DNA from: Candidatus Fervidifonticultor sextus
GTDB lineage: Bacteria; Sysuimicrobiota; Sysuimicrobiia; Sysuimicrobiales; Humicultoraceae
NCBI GenBank assembly: GCA_031459875.1
Contig: JAVKHQ010000018.1
Coordinates: 1 to 64,000 of the forward strand
DNA: 64,000 nt
Direction: 5' to 3'
The notes beneath the pieces were generated by a model, which was given only the letters and a program-made list of their open reading frames with translations, was not told the origin of the DNA and did no database searches. The position numbers were made by a program, and so were the translations under genes. Shown here in pieces: positions 1 through 14,223 of this stretch. Every line of letters starts with the position of its first letter. Within the stretch, counting starts at the first letter, position 1.

Positions 1-50
1 CGCTGGATGACGGCGAGGCGGTGTCGCAGTACACTCTCCTCGAGGGTCAT
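1..50 (-). CDS. N-terminus of probable IS481-family transposase (runs off the window)
   Basis: Minus-strand ATG at 50 with GGAAGGGG RBS; translates MTLEESVLRHRLAVIQR..., which resembles IS481-type HTH N-termini; lies inside a TGT-terminated end at ~172. Confidence 0.55.
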   Translation of the reverse strand, partial: MTLEESVLRHRLAVIQ

Positions 51-172
51 CTGCCCACCCCTTCCCAAGGTCTTGCTGGTACCAAAACCTCGGTTGGAGC
101 TTGGGCGATGGTCCTCCTGGTTTCACCAAGGCCAGACCCTCAAGTGCAAACACTACGTCCAAACAGGACACA
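1..172 (-). mobile_element. Left end of IS481-like insertion sequence
   Basis: The end reads 5'-TGTGTCCTGTTTGGACGTAG... on the minus strand and abuts CTAG (173-176); IS481 has TGT termini and CTAG-containing targets. Confidence 0.55.
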
Positions 173-1436
173 CTAGATCAGATCCTGTCCGTCCCACCGC
201 ACGATGCGGCCGGCGGCGATGATGCCGTCGATGCGCTGGAGCTCGCCCGGAGCCAGGACCCGCAGGTCCTGCAGCGGGTCGCCGTCGACCACCAGCAGGT
301 CGGCGGCCAGCCCCGGGCGCACCGCACCGGTCACCCGCTCCAGCCGCAGCGCCCGGGCGGCCTGCGCGGTGGCCGCGCTCAGGACCTCGCGCGCGGTGTA
401 CCCGCACCCCGCCAGCAGGAGCATCTCGAGACCGACCGAGCCATAGCGGAACAGCGCGTTGCCGCCGGAATCGGTCCCGGTGACCACCCGCACCCCGGCC
501 TCCCGCGCCAGACGCATCCGCTCCTGCATGCTGGGCACGACGAACCCCATCGCCTCCAGTTCCCGCTGGCGCGCGGCCTGAGCCAGCGGCACGTCGCCGC
601 GGGCTTGCGCCTCCTGCAGGAAGTGGCCGACCGCAAGAGTCGGCACCAGCCACGTCCCCTGCCGGGCCATCTGCGCTGCCAGCGCGCCGTCGAGGAAAGT
701 TCCGTGCTCCAGGGTGTCCACGCCGGCCTCCAGGGCGATCTCGATGCCAGCGCGGGCGTGGGCGTGGGCCGCCACCGGACGGCCCCACCGGTGGGCCTCG
801 TCGACCGCAGCCCGCACCTCCTCCAGCCGGTACTGCGGCAGGCGGGGATCCTGTCCCGGTGAGGCCAGGCCCCCGGTGACGCCCATCACCTTGATCCAGT
901 CGACGCCGTGTGCGATTTGCTCGCGCACGGCGCGCCGCACGGCCTGCTCGCCGTCGGCGGTCAGGCAGCGCCAGTGCACGTGCCCACCGGTGGGCGTGAT
1001 CCCCAGGCCCGCTGCGACGATCCGCGGCCCCGCCACCCACCCGGCGGCCACCGCCTCCCGCAGGTGCACGTCCAAGTACGCCCGGCACCCCAGTACGCGC
1101 ACGGTGGTGACGCCGGCCAGCAGCGTGCGGCGCGCGGCTTCTACGGTGCGGAAGGCGTGCAGCCCCTCGGGTTCGCCCGGGCGCCGCGAGGTCGGGTAGT
1201 CGCCGTAGGGGAGCGGCTCGCCGCCGATCAGGTGGGTGTGGGTGTCGATCAGCCCGGGCATCACCGTCCGATCGCCGACGTCGTAGCGCACAGCGTACTC
1301 CGACGGCACCGCGAGCCCGGCCGCGGCCGCGACGATCCGGCCTGCGTCCACCAGCACTGTAGCGCCGGCGAGTTCACCCCCCCTCTCCGTCGAGCACACG
1401 GGCGCCGGTGGGCGCAAAGCGCGATGGCGCCTTCAC
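173..1436 (-). pseudogene. Metal-dependent amidohydrolase (prolidase-like subgroup) with a frameshift in the N-terminal homopolymer
   Basis: Motifs PGLIDTHTH, WIKV, AAHAH, LEHG, GTDSG; the GTG at 1436 gives ...TGARVLDGEGG then a stop, and removing one base from the C7 run (1377-1383) joins it to the main ORF. Confidence 0.8.
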
Positions 1437-1454
1437 GGCCAGGGCCCTGCCCCG

Positions 1455-1952
1455 TCAGGGTGCCTCGACCAGGTGCATCCACTGCAAGGCGTCGCGGATG
1501 CCGAGGTCCGGGTACCCTTTCACCCGCCTGTTCATGGCCAGGATTTCGGTCTGGTAGTAGATCCACACCACCGGGACGTCCTGGTAGATGAGTTCCTGCA
1601 GCCGGTGGTAGAGCTCGATCCTCCTGCGCCGGTCGATGGTCTGCCGGGCGGCGGCCATGAGCCGGTCGACCTCGGGGTTGGAGTAGCCGTAGTGGTTGTT
1701 GACCCCGCCCGTGGTGTACTCGGGGGTCTTGTCGGGGTCGGGCGGCGTGATGCGCCAGCCCGTGCGCGCGTCGTAGTCCCCCGGCAGGGCGTTGCCGCGC
1801 CGGATGTAGACGGACCATTCCTCGGCTACAAGCCGGATGTCGGCACCCAGCTGCTTCCACGCCTGCTGCGTGACCAGGGCCATCTGCTCCCGCACCGGGT
1901 TGCCCCGGTCGACCATGAGCTCGAACGCCAGCCGCCTGCCGTCCTTGACCTG
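1455..1952 (-). pseudogene. C-terminal fragment of family-5 (peptide/nickel) ABC substrate-binding protein
   Basis: KDGRRLAFEL...NNHYGYSNPEVDRLM...RLQELIYQDVPVVWIYY; about two-thirds of the N-terminal part is missing. Confidence 0.8.
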
Positions 1953-2175
1953 CGGTCCCAACCACGACCTCCCGCCCGCGCACGGTCGCACGCACGCTGT
2001 GTCCGGCGAGGTTCTCAAAGCCGGTCACCTCATCGTCGACAGCGAGCCCCCGGCACTGGGCCTCGTCCAGCACGGCCGTGCTCAGCGGGTGGCCCGAGCG
2101 CGCCTCGGCCGCCGCGGCCAGCTCCAGGACGGCATCGGCGCTCCACCCGTTCACCCCTTCGACGTCGGTGCGACC
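1953..2175 (-). pseudogene. Internal fragment of heavy-metal P1B-type ATPase (N-domain)
   Basis: TDV...VLELAAAAEARSGHPLSTAVL...FENLAGHSVRATVRGREVVVG, matching the SEHPL/GxG region; boundaries approximate. Confidence 0.75.
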
Positions 2176-2199
2176 CTGCTGCCCGGATCCGCGCCGATG

Positions 2200-3325
2200 C
2201 TGCACAGGCCCAGCGCTACGGCAACGCCACCGACGCCGACGAAGATGCCGTGCGCCGCCAGTGCGTCTTCACCACCCACACGCCCGTGCCCGCCGGGCAC
2301 GACCAGTTCGGCATGGACCTCGTCCGCCAGGTGCTGGGCGCCGAGCGCGCCGCGTTCCTGGAGGCATCGCCCGCCTGCCCCGGCGGCCTTTTGAACATGA
2401 CGGCGCTGGCGCTGTACCTCTCGCGCTACGTCAACGGCGTGGCGATGCGCCACAGCGTGATCTCGCGGCATCTCTTCCCTGCCTACCCGATCAACGCCAT
2501 CACCAACGGCGTGCACGCGGTCACCTGGACCTCGCCGCCGTTTGCGCGGGTGTACGACCGGCACATCCCCGAGTGGCGGCGTGATAACCTCTACCTCCGG
2601 TACGCGGTCGGCATCCCGTTGGAGGAGATCCAGGCTGCACACGCCGAGGCCGAGGCCGCGCTGTTTGCCGAGGTGGAGCGCCGCACCGGCCGTCGCCTGG
2701 CGCCCGGGGTGCTCACGCTGGCGTTCGCCCGCCGCGCGCCGCCTACAAGCGGGCCGACCTGCCGCTGACGGACCCCGAACGGCTGCGGCGCATTGCCCGG
2801 CAGAGCGGAGGGCTGCAGGTGCTCTACGCCGGCAAGGCGCATCCGCGCGACGACGACGGCAAGGCGCTCATCCGCCGCGTGTTCGGGATCGCGGCCGCGC
2901 TGCGGGATGCCGTGCCCATCGTCTACCTGGAGGACTACGATCTGGCGCTGGCGCGCCTGCTCTGCGCCGGCGTGGACGTCTGGCTCAACACCCCGCAGAA
3001 GCCGCAGGAAGCCTCGGGCACCAGCGGCATGAAGGCCGCCCTCAACGGCGTGCCCAGCCTAAGCGCCCTCGACGGCTGGTGGATCGAAGGGCATGTTGAA
3101 GGAGTGACCGGGTGGGCGATCGGCAACAGCAGCCCGCGCAGCGACCCCGTCGCCGAGGCCACCAGTCTCTACGACCAGCTCGAAGCGGTCATCGTGCCCC
3201 TCTTCTACCAGCAGCCCGAGGCCTTCCTGCGGGTGCGCCGTGCAGCCATCGCGCTGAACGGCGCGTTCTTCAACGCGCAGCGCATGCTCGATCAGTACAT
3301 CAGGAACGCGTACCAGGCCGAGTAG
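2200..3325 (+). pseudogene. glgP: Alpha-glucan phosphorylase, 5'-truncated and frameshifted near 2738
   Basis: VFTTHTPVPAGHD, ITNGVH, FARR/YKRADL split across frames, [20 protein letters not shown] (PLP lysine), LDGWW. Confidence 0.88.
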
Positions 3326-3403
3326 CGCGCCTGGCGGCGGATTCCGGTACAGCATCCCCTGCACACCCGAGACCTGGGCAATCGGCGCCGACGTGCGGAC
3401 TGT

Positions 3404-4718
3404 GGCTCTTCCGGAAATCGGGTGGGTAGCTGAACCCGGCCGTGCTATGCTCGTGGTCTCACAGGACGAGAGGAGGCCACGAGCGTGCGCGACATCGAGC
3501 TGTACCGAGCGATTTTGGGGCTCACCCCGCCCTGGCAGGTGGTGAACGTAGACCTGGACATCCCCAGCCAACAGGTGACCGTGAAGGTGGACGCCGGTCC
3601 GGGGCCGTTCCCCTGCCCGGAGTGCCAGGCTCCCACTCCTGGATATGACCGGAAACTGCGCCGATGGAGGCATCTTGATACCTGCCAGTTCATCACCTGG
3701 ATCGAGGCCGAAGTCCCCCGCGTCGAATGCCCGCGCCACGGTGTCAAGCAAATCCCAGTCCCGTGGGCAGAAGGCGGCAGCCAGTTCACGGCCCTCTTCG
3801 AGCGCCTGGCGATCGACCTGTTGCGCGAGTGCTCGGTGGAGGGTGCCGCGGCCATCCTGCGGATCAGCTGGGACGAAGCCTGGGGCATCAAGCAGCGGGC
3901 CGTGCGGCGGGGGCTTGCCCGGCGCACTCGCCGGATCCCAGCCCACCTGGGGGTCGATGAAAAGGCCTTCGCCAAGGGCCACCGCTACTTCACCCTCGTT
4001 TCGGACCTGGACGCGGGCTGTGTGCTGTATGTGGGCGACGATCGCAAGCAGGAGAGCCTGGACCAGTACTGGCAGAGTCTCACCCCGGAGCAGCGGGAAG
4101 GGATCGAGGCCATCGCCATGGACATGTGGGAGCCGTATGTCCTGTCCACTTGTGCGCATGTGCCGGAAGCCGAAGAGAAGATCGTGTTCGACAAGTTCCA
4201 CATCGCCAAGCACCTGCACGAGGCGGTGGATCGGGTGCGGCGGCTAGAAGCGCGCCTGCTCCGCCGGGCTGGAGACGATCGGCTGGTGGGCACCAAGTAT
4301 CTGTGGCTGATGCGCCCGAAGGACATGAGACCGGAACAGCGGGCCACGTTCCGAGCGCTGCTGGCTGGCGAGCTCAAGGTGGCGCGGGCCTGGGCGCTGA
4401 AGGAGCGCTTCCGTCAGTTCTGGGAGTACACATACTTGGGAGCGGCGCAGCGGTTCTTCGGTCGCTGGTTCTGGCGGGCGAGCCACAGCCGGTTGAAGCC
4501 GATGGCAGAGGTAGCCTGGATGATCCGCCGCCACCTGCCCAACGTCCTGACCTACCTGCGCCATCGGATCACCAATGCGGGGCTAGAAGCTGTGAACGCG
4601 ATGATCCAGTGGGTGAAGAGGACCGCCCGGGGGTTCCGGAATGCCGAGAACTTCAAGACGGCGATCTACTTCCATTGCGGAGGGCTCGACCTCTGCCCAC
4701 ACGAAAGCCGGTAGAGCC
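3404..4718 (+). mobile_element. ISL3-family insertion sequence
   Basis: Imperfect terminal IRs GGCTCTTCCGGAAATCGGGTGGGTAG and (reverse complement) GGCTCTACCGGCTTTCGTGTGGGCAG; no target-site duplication seen. Confidence 0.92.
3485..4714 (+). CDS. ISL3-family transposase, apparently intact
   Basis: CPEC zinc finger, RRWRHLD, GVDE, AMDMWEPY, FDKFH, TNAGLEAVN, ARGFRN. Confidence 0.95.
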   Translation: MRDIELYRAILGLTPPWQVVNVDLDIPSQQVTVKVDAGPGPFPCPECQAPTPGYDRKLRRWRHLDTCQFITWIEAEVPRVECPRHGVKQIPVPWAEGGSQFTALFERLAIDLLRECSVEGAAAILRISWDEAWGIKQRAVRRGLARRTRRIPAHLGVDEKAFAKGHRYFTLVSDLDAGCVLYVGDDRKQESLDQYWQSLTPEQREGIEAIAMDMWEPYVLSTCAHVPEAEEKIVFDKFHIAKHLHEAVDRVRRLEARLLRRAGDDRLVGTKYLWLMRPKDMRPEQRATFRALLAGELKVARAWALKERFRQFWEYTYLGAAQRFFGRWFWRASHSRLKPMAEVAWMIRRHLPNVLTYLRHRITNAGLEAVNAMIQWVKRTARGFRNAENFKTAIYFHCGGLDLCPHESR

Positions 4719-4917
4719 TACCAGCGAGTCCTCGACTCGCCCGCCGTCTTGGCAGCAGACAAGCAGGCGCTCCGAGACCTCTACCTCACCCTCAATCCCA
4801 TCAGCATCCGGGACGAGCTCAACCACCGGCTGCAGAGGCTCTGGGCCCTCCGCTCAGAGTAAGATCTACGATGAGTCAACAGGTCCACGGAAAGTAAGGT
4901 TTTCAGATGAGTCAACA
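4719..4917 (+). mobile_element. Right-end remnant of a second IS (ISNCY/IS1202-like rve transposase C-terminus plus repeated end motif)
   Basis: YQRVLDSP...LRDLYLTLNP...LWALRSE* (4719-4862), followed by two copies of GATGAGTCAACA (4870-4881, 4906-4917) ending in ACA. Confidence 0.6.
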
Positions 4918-5213
4918 CGGGGGGGAGCCATTGCCTCCCGACTCGACGTGGGATGAGCCGCGGTTAGGCGGAACGTCGCACAGAGCAGCACTGACGCGGC
5001 CGGGGTGGGGAAGGCAGATGGGGATGCGACGGTGCGCCTCAGTTGCCCGCTGGGCGCCGCGGGAAGTTCACGTGCGTCGCTGCGCCACACCGCCGTGCCG
5101 GATTCGGCGGCGGGCACGTCTCCCCCAGCATCCCGGCCGCGCCATCTTGCGCTGCGTGACGATGATTCAGCCGACGGGCAACCCCACAAAGAAGCGAAAA
5201 CGCGAGCGCGAAT

Positions 5214-5240
5214 GGAAGCACTCGCCCTCGCGGTGCTTCC
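5214..5240 (-). terminator. Hairpin immediately downstream of the riboswitch (possible expression platform)
   Basis: 8-bp stem GGAAGCAC/GTGCTTCC, with a U-rich stretch about 13 nt downstream on the minus strand. Confidence 0.4.
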
Positions 5241-5242
5241 TC

Positions 5243-5325
5243 TTCGGCAACCCAGCCGGCCACCTTGGTCTTCGTGGCCCTGAGGCTTTGCGTCCCCGGA
5301 TCGCTCCGGGTTTGCCCGTTCGGAG
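5243..5325 (-). ncRNA. Cyclic-di-GMP-I (GEMM) riboswitch
   Basis: Minus strand reads GGGCAAACCCGGA-GCGA-TCCGGGGACGCAAAGCCTCAGGGCC...GGCTGGGTTGCCGAA; GGGCAAACC and GACGCAAAGCC cores plus a GNRA-capped P2. Confidence 0.9.
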
Positions 5326-5350
5326 GTCCGCCAGTATTCAGTTACCTCAC

Positions 5351-5379
5351 AGTATACCCGACTCCGCCGATTCTAGCAA
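5351..5379 (-). promoter_or_regulatory. Sigma70-type promoter for the riboswitch transcript
   Basis: TTGCTA-17 nt-TATACT. Confidence 0.7.
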
Positions 5380-5553
5380 CAATCTTTTTGGGCGCACCGG
5401 CGGGACCGCCGTGCGAACTTCCCGAGAAGTTCTTCCAAACCGCTCGCGTCTTCGAAGTCTCGTAGCAGGGTACATACCGAAGTGCCACCGGCTGGCCGTG
5501 CCGGGGAGCCCGCGCGGCCGCCGGGATCTCTGCCGGGAGAAAAGAGGACCACG

Positions 5554-5994
5554 ATGTCGGGAGGAAGTCTACTGCGTCTGTGCGAAGACGCACCTGCGGT
5601 GCACCGCCCCGTTGTCATCCTGCTGCTCATCGCCGTCCTCGCCGCCTCGGCCTGCGGCCGGCCCCCCGGTCTCAGCCGGGCGGGCCGCGAGCCCCTGATC
5701 GCACCGGCTCCGCCGGCGCCGACGTCTTCGGTGGTCATCGAGGTCTTCGGCACGCCGGGGCTGCGCTTTGGAGGTTCCTACGGCGAACTCGGCGCGCCCC
5801 AGACGGTGATCGGCGTCATCCCGTCCAAGTACACCTTCCACACGAGGTCGGGATTCTCAGTCTCGTTGCAGAAGCGCGGCGACGGGGGCGAACTCGGCAT
5901 CCTCGTCACGGTGGACGGACGCATCCTGCACCGGTCCACGACGAAGAAGGAGTCCGGGCTCGTCACGTTCGTCTATCAGATCTCGTCCAAGTAG
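5554..5994 (+). CDS. Hypothetical lipoprotein
   Basis: Hydrophobic signal ending LAASA-C, a Pro-rich linker and a beta-rich domain; stop is 1 nt before nadE; alternative start at GTG 5599. Confidence 0.65.
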   Translation: MSGGSLLRLCEDAPAVHRPVVILLLIAVLAASACGRPPGLSRAGREPLIAPAPPAPTSSVVIEVFGTPGLRFGGSYGELGAPQTVIGVIPSKYTFHTRSGFSVSLQKRGDGGELGILVTVDGRILHRSTTKKESGLVTFVYQISSK

Positions 5995-5995
5995 C

Positions 5996-6736
5996 ATGCC
6001 TCGGCCTACCGTCGCCGAGACCGCTGAGCACCTGGTGGCCTGGCTGCGCCGCCGCGCCGACGAGGCCGGCGCGCTGGGCGCCGTGGTGGGCGTCTCCGGC
6101 GGCGTGGACTCGGCGGTGGCGGCCGCGTTGTGCGTGCGCGCCTTCCCGCAGGCCACCCTGGGTGTGCTATTGCCCTGCCACAGCGACCCGCGCGACCTGG
6201 CCGACGCTGGGGAGGTGTGCGCGGCGCTGGGGGTCCCGCACGCGACCGTCACCCTCGACGGCGTCTACGACGCCCTCGTCGACGCGCTCCGGGCCTCAGG
6301 GCAGTTCGCGGAGCACCCCCTGGCGCTGGCCAACCTTCGTCCTCGCCTGCGGATGACGACCCTCTACTACTTCGCCAACCGGCTCAATCGCCTCGTCGTC
6401 GGCACCGGCAACCGTAGCGAGGCCTACGTGGGCTACTTCACCAAGTACGGCGACGGCGGGGTGGACGTGCTACCGATCGGCGGGCTGGTGAAGGCCGAGG
6501 TGCGGGCGCTGGCGGCGCACCTGGGGGTCCCGCGGGCCGTCATCGAGCGTGCCCCCTCGGCCGGGCTGTGGCCGGGGCAGACCGATGAAGACGATTTGGG
6601 ACTCACCTATGAGGCCCTGGACCACTTCCTCCTGACCGGTGAGGCCCCCGCCCCGATGCGCGCGCGCATCGAGCAGTTGCATGCCGCCAGCGAGCACAAG
6701 CGCCGCCCGCCGTCTGCGGCCGATCTCCCGCGATAA
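5996..6736 (+). CDS. nadE: NH3-dependent NAD+ synthetase
   Basis: GVSGGVDS, ANLRPRLRM, GTGNRSE, GYFTKYGDG, PSAGLWPGQTDE. Confidence 0.96.
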   Translation: MPRPTVAETAEHLVAWLRRRADEAGALGAVVGVSGGVDSAVAAALCVRAFPQATLGVLLPCHSDPRDLADAGEVCAALGVPHATVTLDGVYDALVDALRASGQFAEHPLALANLRPRLRMTTLYYFANRLNRLVVGTGNRSEAYVGYFTKYGDGGVDVLPIGGLVKAEVRALAAHLGVPRAVIERAPSAGLWPGQTDEDDLGLTYEALDHFLLTGEAPAPMRARIEQLHAASEHKRRPPSAADLPR

Positions 6737-6807
6737 CCCGCCGCGTTCGCATTTCCGCGTGCGCTCTTCAGCGGTACAATAAAAGTTACGGCATCGCTGG
6801 AGCGACC

Positions 6808-10095
<3,288 letters not shown>

Positions 10096-10167
10096 CGGCC
10101 GGCCCTAGCCGCCGCCGTCGGGCTGCGGTATGCTTGACCCTGTTCTTCTGAGGAGGGACCGGATTCC

Positions 10168-11148
10168 ATGAAGATGCGCAGCGCGCTCCTGATCGCCGGC
10201 GCCGTCGTGGTCGTCGCGGCTGCCGGGGTCGGGGCCTGGATGCTGACCACCATCGCCCGGCGCGGCGCCGCGGTGGCCGCCACGGTGAACGGCGCGCCCA
10301 TCTACTGGTCCCAGGTGGACGCGGAAATCAGGCGCACCGCCGCCCAGCTCGGCATCGACCCCGCCGGCCAGGAGTTCGCCAAGCAGCGCGACGAGATCAC
10401 GAAGGCGGTCGTCGACCAACTCGTCGCCCGCCAGCTCATCATGCAGGAAGCCCGCAAGCGGCACCTCGTCGCCGCCGATAAAGACGTGGACGAACAGCTG
10501 GCCGCGATCAAGCAACGGCTGCCCTCAGAGAAGGCCTTCAATGACGCCCTGGCGCAGTACGGGTTCACCCTCCAGACGCTGCGCGACCTCATCAGGATGG
10601 ACCTGACGCAGCGCCGCGTGGCCGACGTCGTGGCGCCGGTCGCTGTGTCGGACGACGAGGTGCGCACGCAGTTCGAGCGCAACAGGGCCCAGTACGACCG
10701 GCCGGCCCAGATCAGGGTGGGACACATCCTGTTCCGCGGCGGCGACAAGAGCCAGGAGGCGGTGGCGCAGGCCAAGCTCAAGATCGTCTTGGCGAAGCTG
10801 GCCGAGGGAGCCAGGTTCGAGGACCTGGCCTCGCAGTACTCCGACGACCCCGGCAGCGCCGCGCAGGGCGGCTCGCTGGGCTTCGTGGCGAAGGGCACGC
10901 TGGTCAAGGAGTTCGAGGAGGCGGCATGGGCGTTGCGGCCCGGCCAGGTCAGCGGACCGGTGAAGACCCAGTACGGGGTGCACCTCATCAAGGTCTACGA
11001 GACCAAGGACGCCGAGAAGGCCACCCTCGAGAAGGTCAAGGAGCAGATCCGGGCCCAGTTGCTCCAGAGCAAGCGCGAGAAGGCGTTCGAGGCCTGGCTG
11101 GAGGCGCAGCGGAAGAGCGCCAGGATCGAGCGCTTCCCTCGATCGTAG
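10168..11148 (+). CDS. PrsA/SurA-like parvulin peptidyl-prolyl isomerase
   Basis: N-terminal TM anchor, ATVNG, HILF, YSDDPGSAAQGGSLG, PVKTQYGVHLIKV. Confidence 0.92.
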   Translation: MKMRSALLIAGAVVVVAAAGVGAWMLTTIARRGAAVAATVNGAPIYWSQVDAEIRRTAAQLGIDPAGQEFAKQRDEITKAVVDQLVARQLIMQEARKRHLVAADKDVDEQLAAIKQRLPSEKAFNDALAQYGFTLQTLRDLIRMDLTQRRVADVVAPVAVSDDEVRTQFERNRAQYDRPAQIRVGHILFRGGDKSQEAVAQAKLKIVLAKLAEGARFEDLASQYSDDPGSAAQGGSLGFVAKGTLVKEFEEAAWALRPGQVSGPVKTQYGVHLIKVYETKDAEKATLEKVKEQIRAQLLQSKREKAFEAWLEAQRKSARIERFPRS

Positions 11149-11154
11149 GCCGGC

Positions 11155-11874
11155 GTGCGATTCACCTTCGACGACCTCGTCGCCGTCATGGCCCGCCTGC
11201 GCGGCCCGGGGGGTTGTCCGTGGGACCGCGAGCAGACCCACGCCTCGCTGGCGCCCTACCTGCTGGAGGAAGCCCACGAGGTGCTGGAGGCGATCTCCCA
11301 CAACGATCTCAAAGCCCTGCGCGCCGAGCTCGGCGACCTGCTGCTCCAGGTCGTCTTCCACGCACAGATGGCCAGGGAGGCGGGCCGGTTCGACGCCGGG
11401 GCTGTCGTGGATGGTCTCGCACGCAAACTCATCGACCGTCACCCGCACGTCTTCGGCGACGTGCGAGTGGGGACAGCTGATGAGGTGCTGGCGCAGTGGC
11501 ACGAACTCAAGCGCCGCGAAGACCCGCAACGCGGCGCTTTCGACGGCATTCCCGCGTCGCTGCCCGCGCTGGCGCGAGCGCAGAAGGTGCTGGCGCGGGC
11601 CGCCTCGCGCACGGCCGGCGAACACGATGCGGCGGGCCAGGCGCCGCTGGCCCTGGCACAGGCTGCAGGGGCGGCCCGCCGCCACCTGGACCGCCTGATC
11701 GGCGCGCTGGCGCAGCCGGGCGACGCCCGGGAGGGAGCGGGCGATGTGCCGGAGCATCTGGGCGACCTCCTGATGGCCGTCGTCGCGCTGGCCAGCGCCG
11801 CCGGGCTGGACGCGGAGTCGGTCCTGCGCGAGGCCTGCGATCGCTTCATCACCGCCCAAACGGCCCCCGGATAA
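11155..11874 (+). CDS. mazG: MazG nucleoside triphosphate pyrophosphohydrolase
   Basis: LRGPGGCPWDREQT, EEAHE, ELGDLLLQVVFH, RHPHVF; second domain degenerate. Confidence 0.92.
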   Translation: MRFTFDDLVAVMARLRGPGGCPWDREQTHASLAPYLLEEAHEVLEAISHNDLKALRAELGDLLLQVVFHAQMAREAGRFDAGAVVDGLARKLIDRHPHVFGDVRVGTADEVLAQWHELKRREDPQRGAFDGIPASLPALARAQKVLARAASRTAGEHDAAGQAPLALAQAAGAARRHLDRLIGALAQPGDAREGAGDVPEHLGDLLMAVVALASAAGLDAESVLREACDRFITAQTAPG

Positions 11875-11879
11875 CGGGC

Positions 11880-12335
11880 TTACGGGCATCCGCTCGCCCG
11901 CCAGAGCAGGAGTCCTGCGGCGGCGGCCACGATGGCCTGCGTGAGCACGCCCCACACCCAGCGCCGGCGTGCCACCGCCCAGTGCAGGCGCGGCGGGTGG
12001 GCCATGTCCGCCCCGACGAACCGGAGCGTCAGCAGGGCGATCAGGTCCGGAGCCAGCCCGCCCAGCGCCCCGAGCCCCACCCGGAGCGCCTGGGCGCCCG
12101 GACAGGCGACGACCAGCCACACGAGGACCGCGGTCCCGACCAGCAGTTCGAGCCCTGCCTCGATGAGGTCGGGGCGCAGGCCTCGACGGGACGCCGTCCC
12201 GAATGTCTCGGCGTCGGTGTGGGGGATCGCATCGAGGGCCAGGTGGCTGAGGAGGCCCCCGAGGGCGGCGGCGGCGGGGCTGGGGCCAGTCTGGCCGACG
12301 AGCGCGCCGGTCAGGATGTGGGCCAGCGGATGCAT
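11880..12335 (-). CDS. Small membrane protein, metal-dependent hydrolase-like
   Basis: AHILTGA, SHLALDAIPH, APD motifs; hydrophobic. Confidence 0.7.
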   Translation of the reverse strand: MHPLAHILTGALVGQTGPSPAAAALGGLLSHLALDAIPHTDAETFGTASRRGLRPDLIEAGLELLVGTAVLVWLVVACPGAQALRVGLGALGGLAPDLIALLTLRFVGADMAHPPRLHWAVARRRWVWGVLTQAIVAAAAGLLLWRASGCP

Positions 12336-12494
12336 GCGTTCTGGTTCGTGAAGGGCACCACGTAATCCCCCGAGGACTCACCATGCACCGGGACAATTAA
12401 GGAGTCGGCAACCAACTCCGAACGCAGGGCGGCGTGGTACCATCAGTGTGGAGGCCCCAGCACAGGAACGGGCTTCTCGCCTCCACCGCGTTTG

Positions 12495-14083
<1,589 letters not shown>

Positions 14084-14090
14084 CGGGCGG

Positions 14091-14133
14091 GGCAGACCGG
14101 GCGGGACAGACCGGGCAGACCGGGCAGGACCGG
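14091..14133 (+). repeat. Short imperfect tandem repeat, about 4 copies of a ~9-bp (G)CAGACCGG unit
   Basis: GGCAGACCGG-GCGG-GACAGACCGG-GCAGACCGG-GCAGGACCGG downstream of eno. Confidence 0.6.
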
Positions 14134-14223
14134 ACCCGGGCGCCGGCAGGATTCCAGGCCGGCACCGCGAATCGCGCGCATGGGGTACCAGGTCATCCCT
14201 GAGCATTCGCTGCCGCATCCGTC

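Noticed and set aside
1261..2768. ORFs 1261-2205, 1455-2018 and 1473-2768 as novel fusion proteins
   Set aside because: They are read-through of adjacent pseudogene fragments with no credible starts
5243..5325. Riboswitch as a cGAMP-sensing GEMM-Ib variant
   Set aside because: The specificity position is G (GGGCAAA), consistent with c-di-GMP
4907..5698. 263-aa plus-strand ORF
   Set aside because: Arg/Pro-rich with no motifs, and it runs antisense through the riboswitch and promoter
14091..14133. Repeat after eno as a mini-CRISPR
   Set aside because: Units are ~9 bp with no spacers; it is a simple low-complexity tandem repeat
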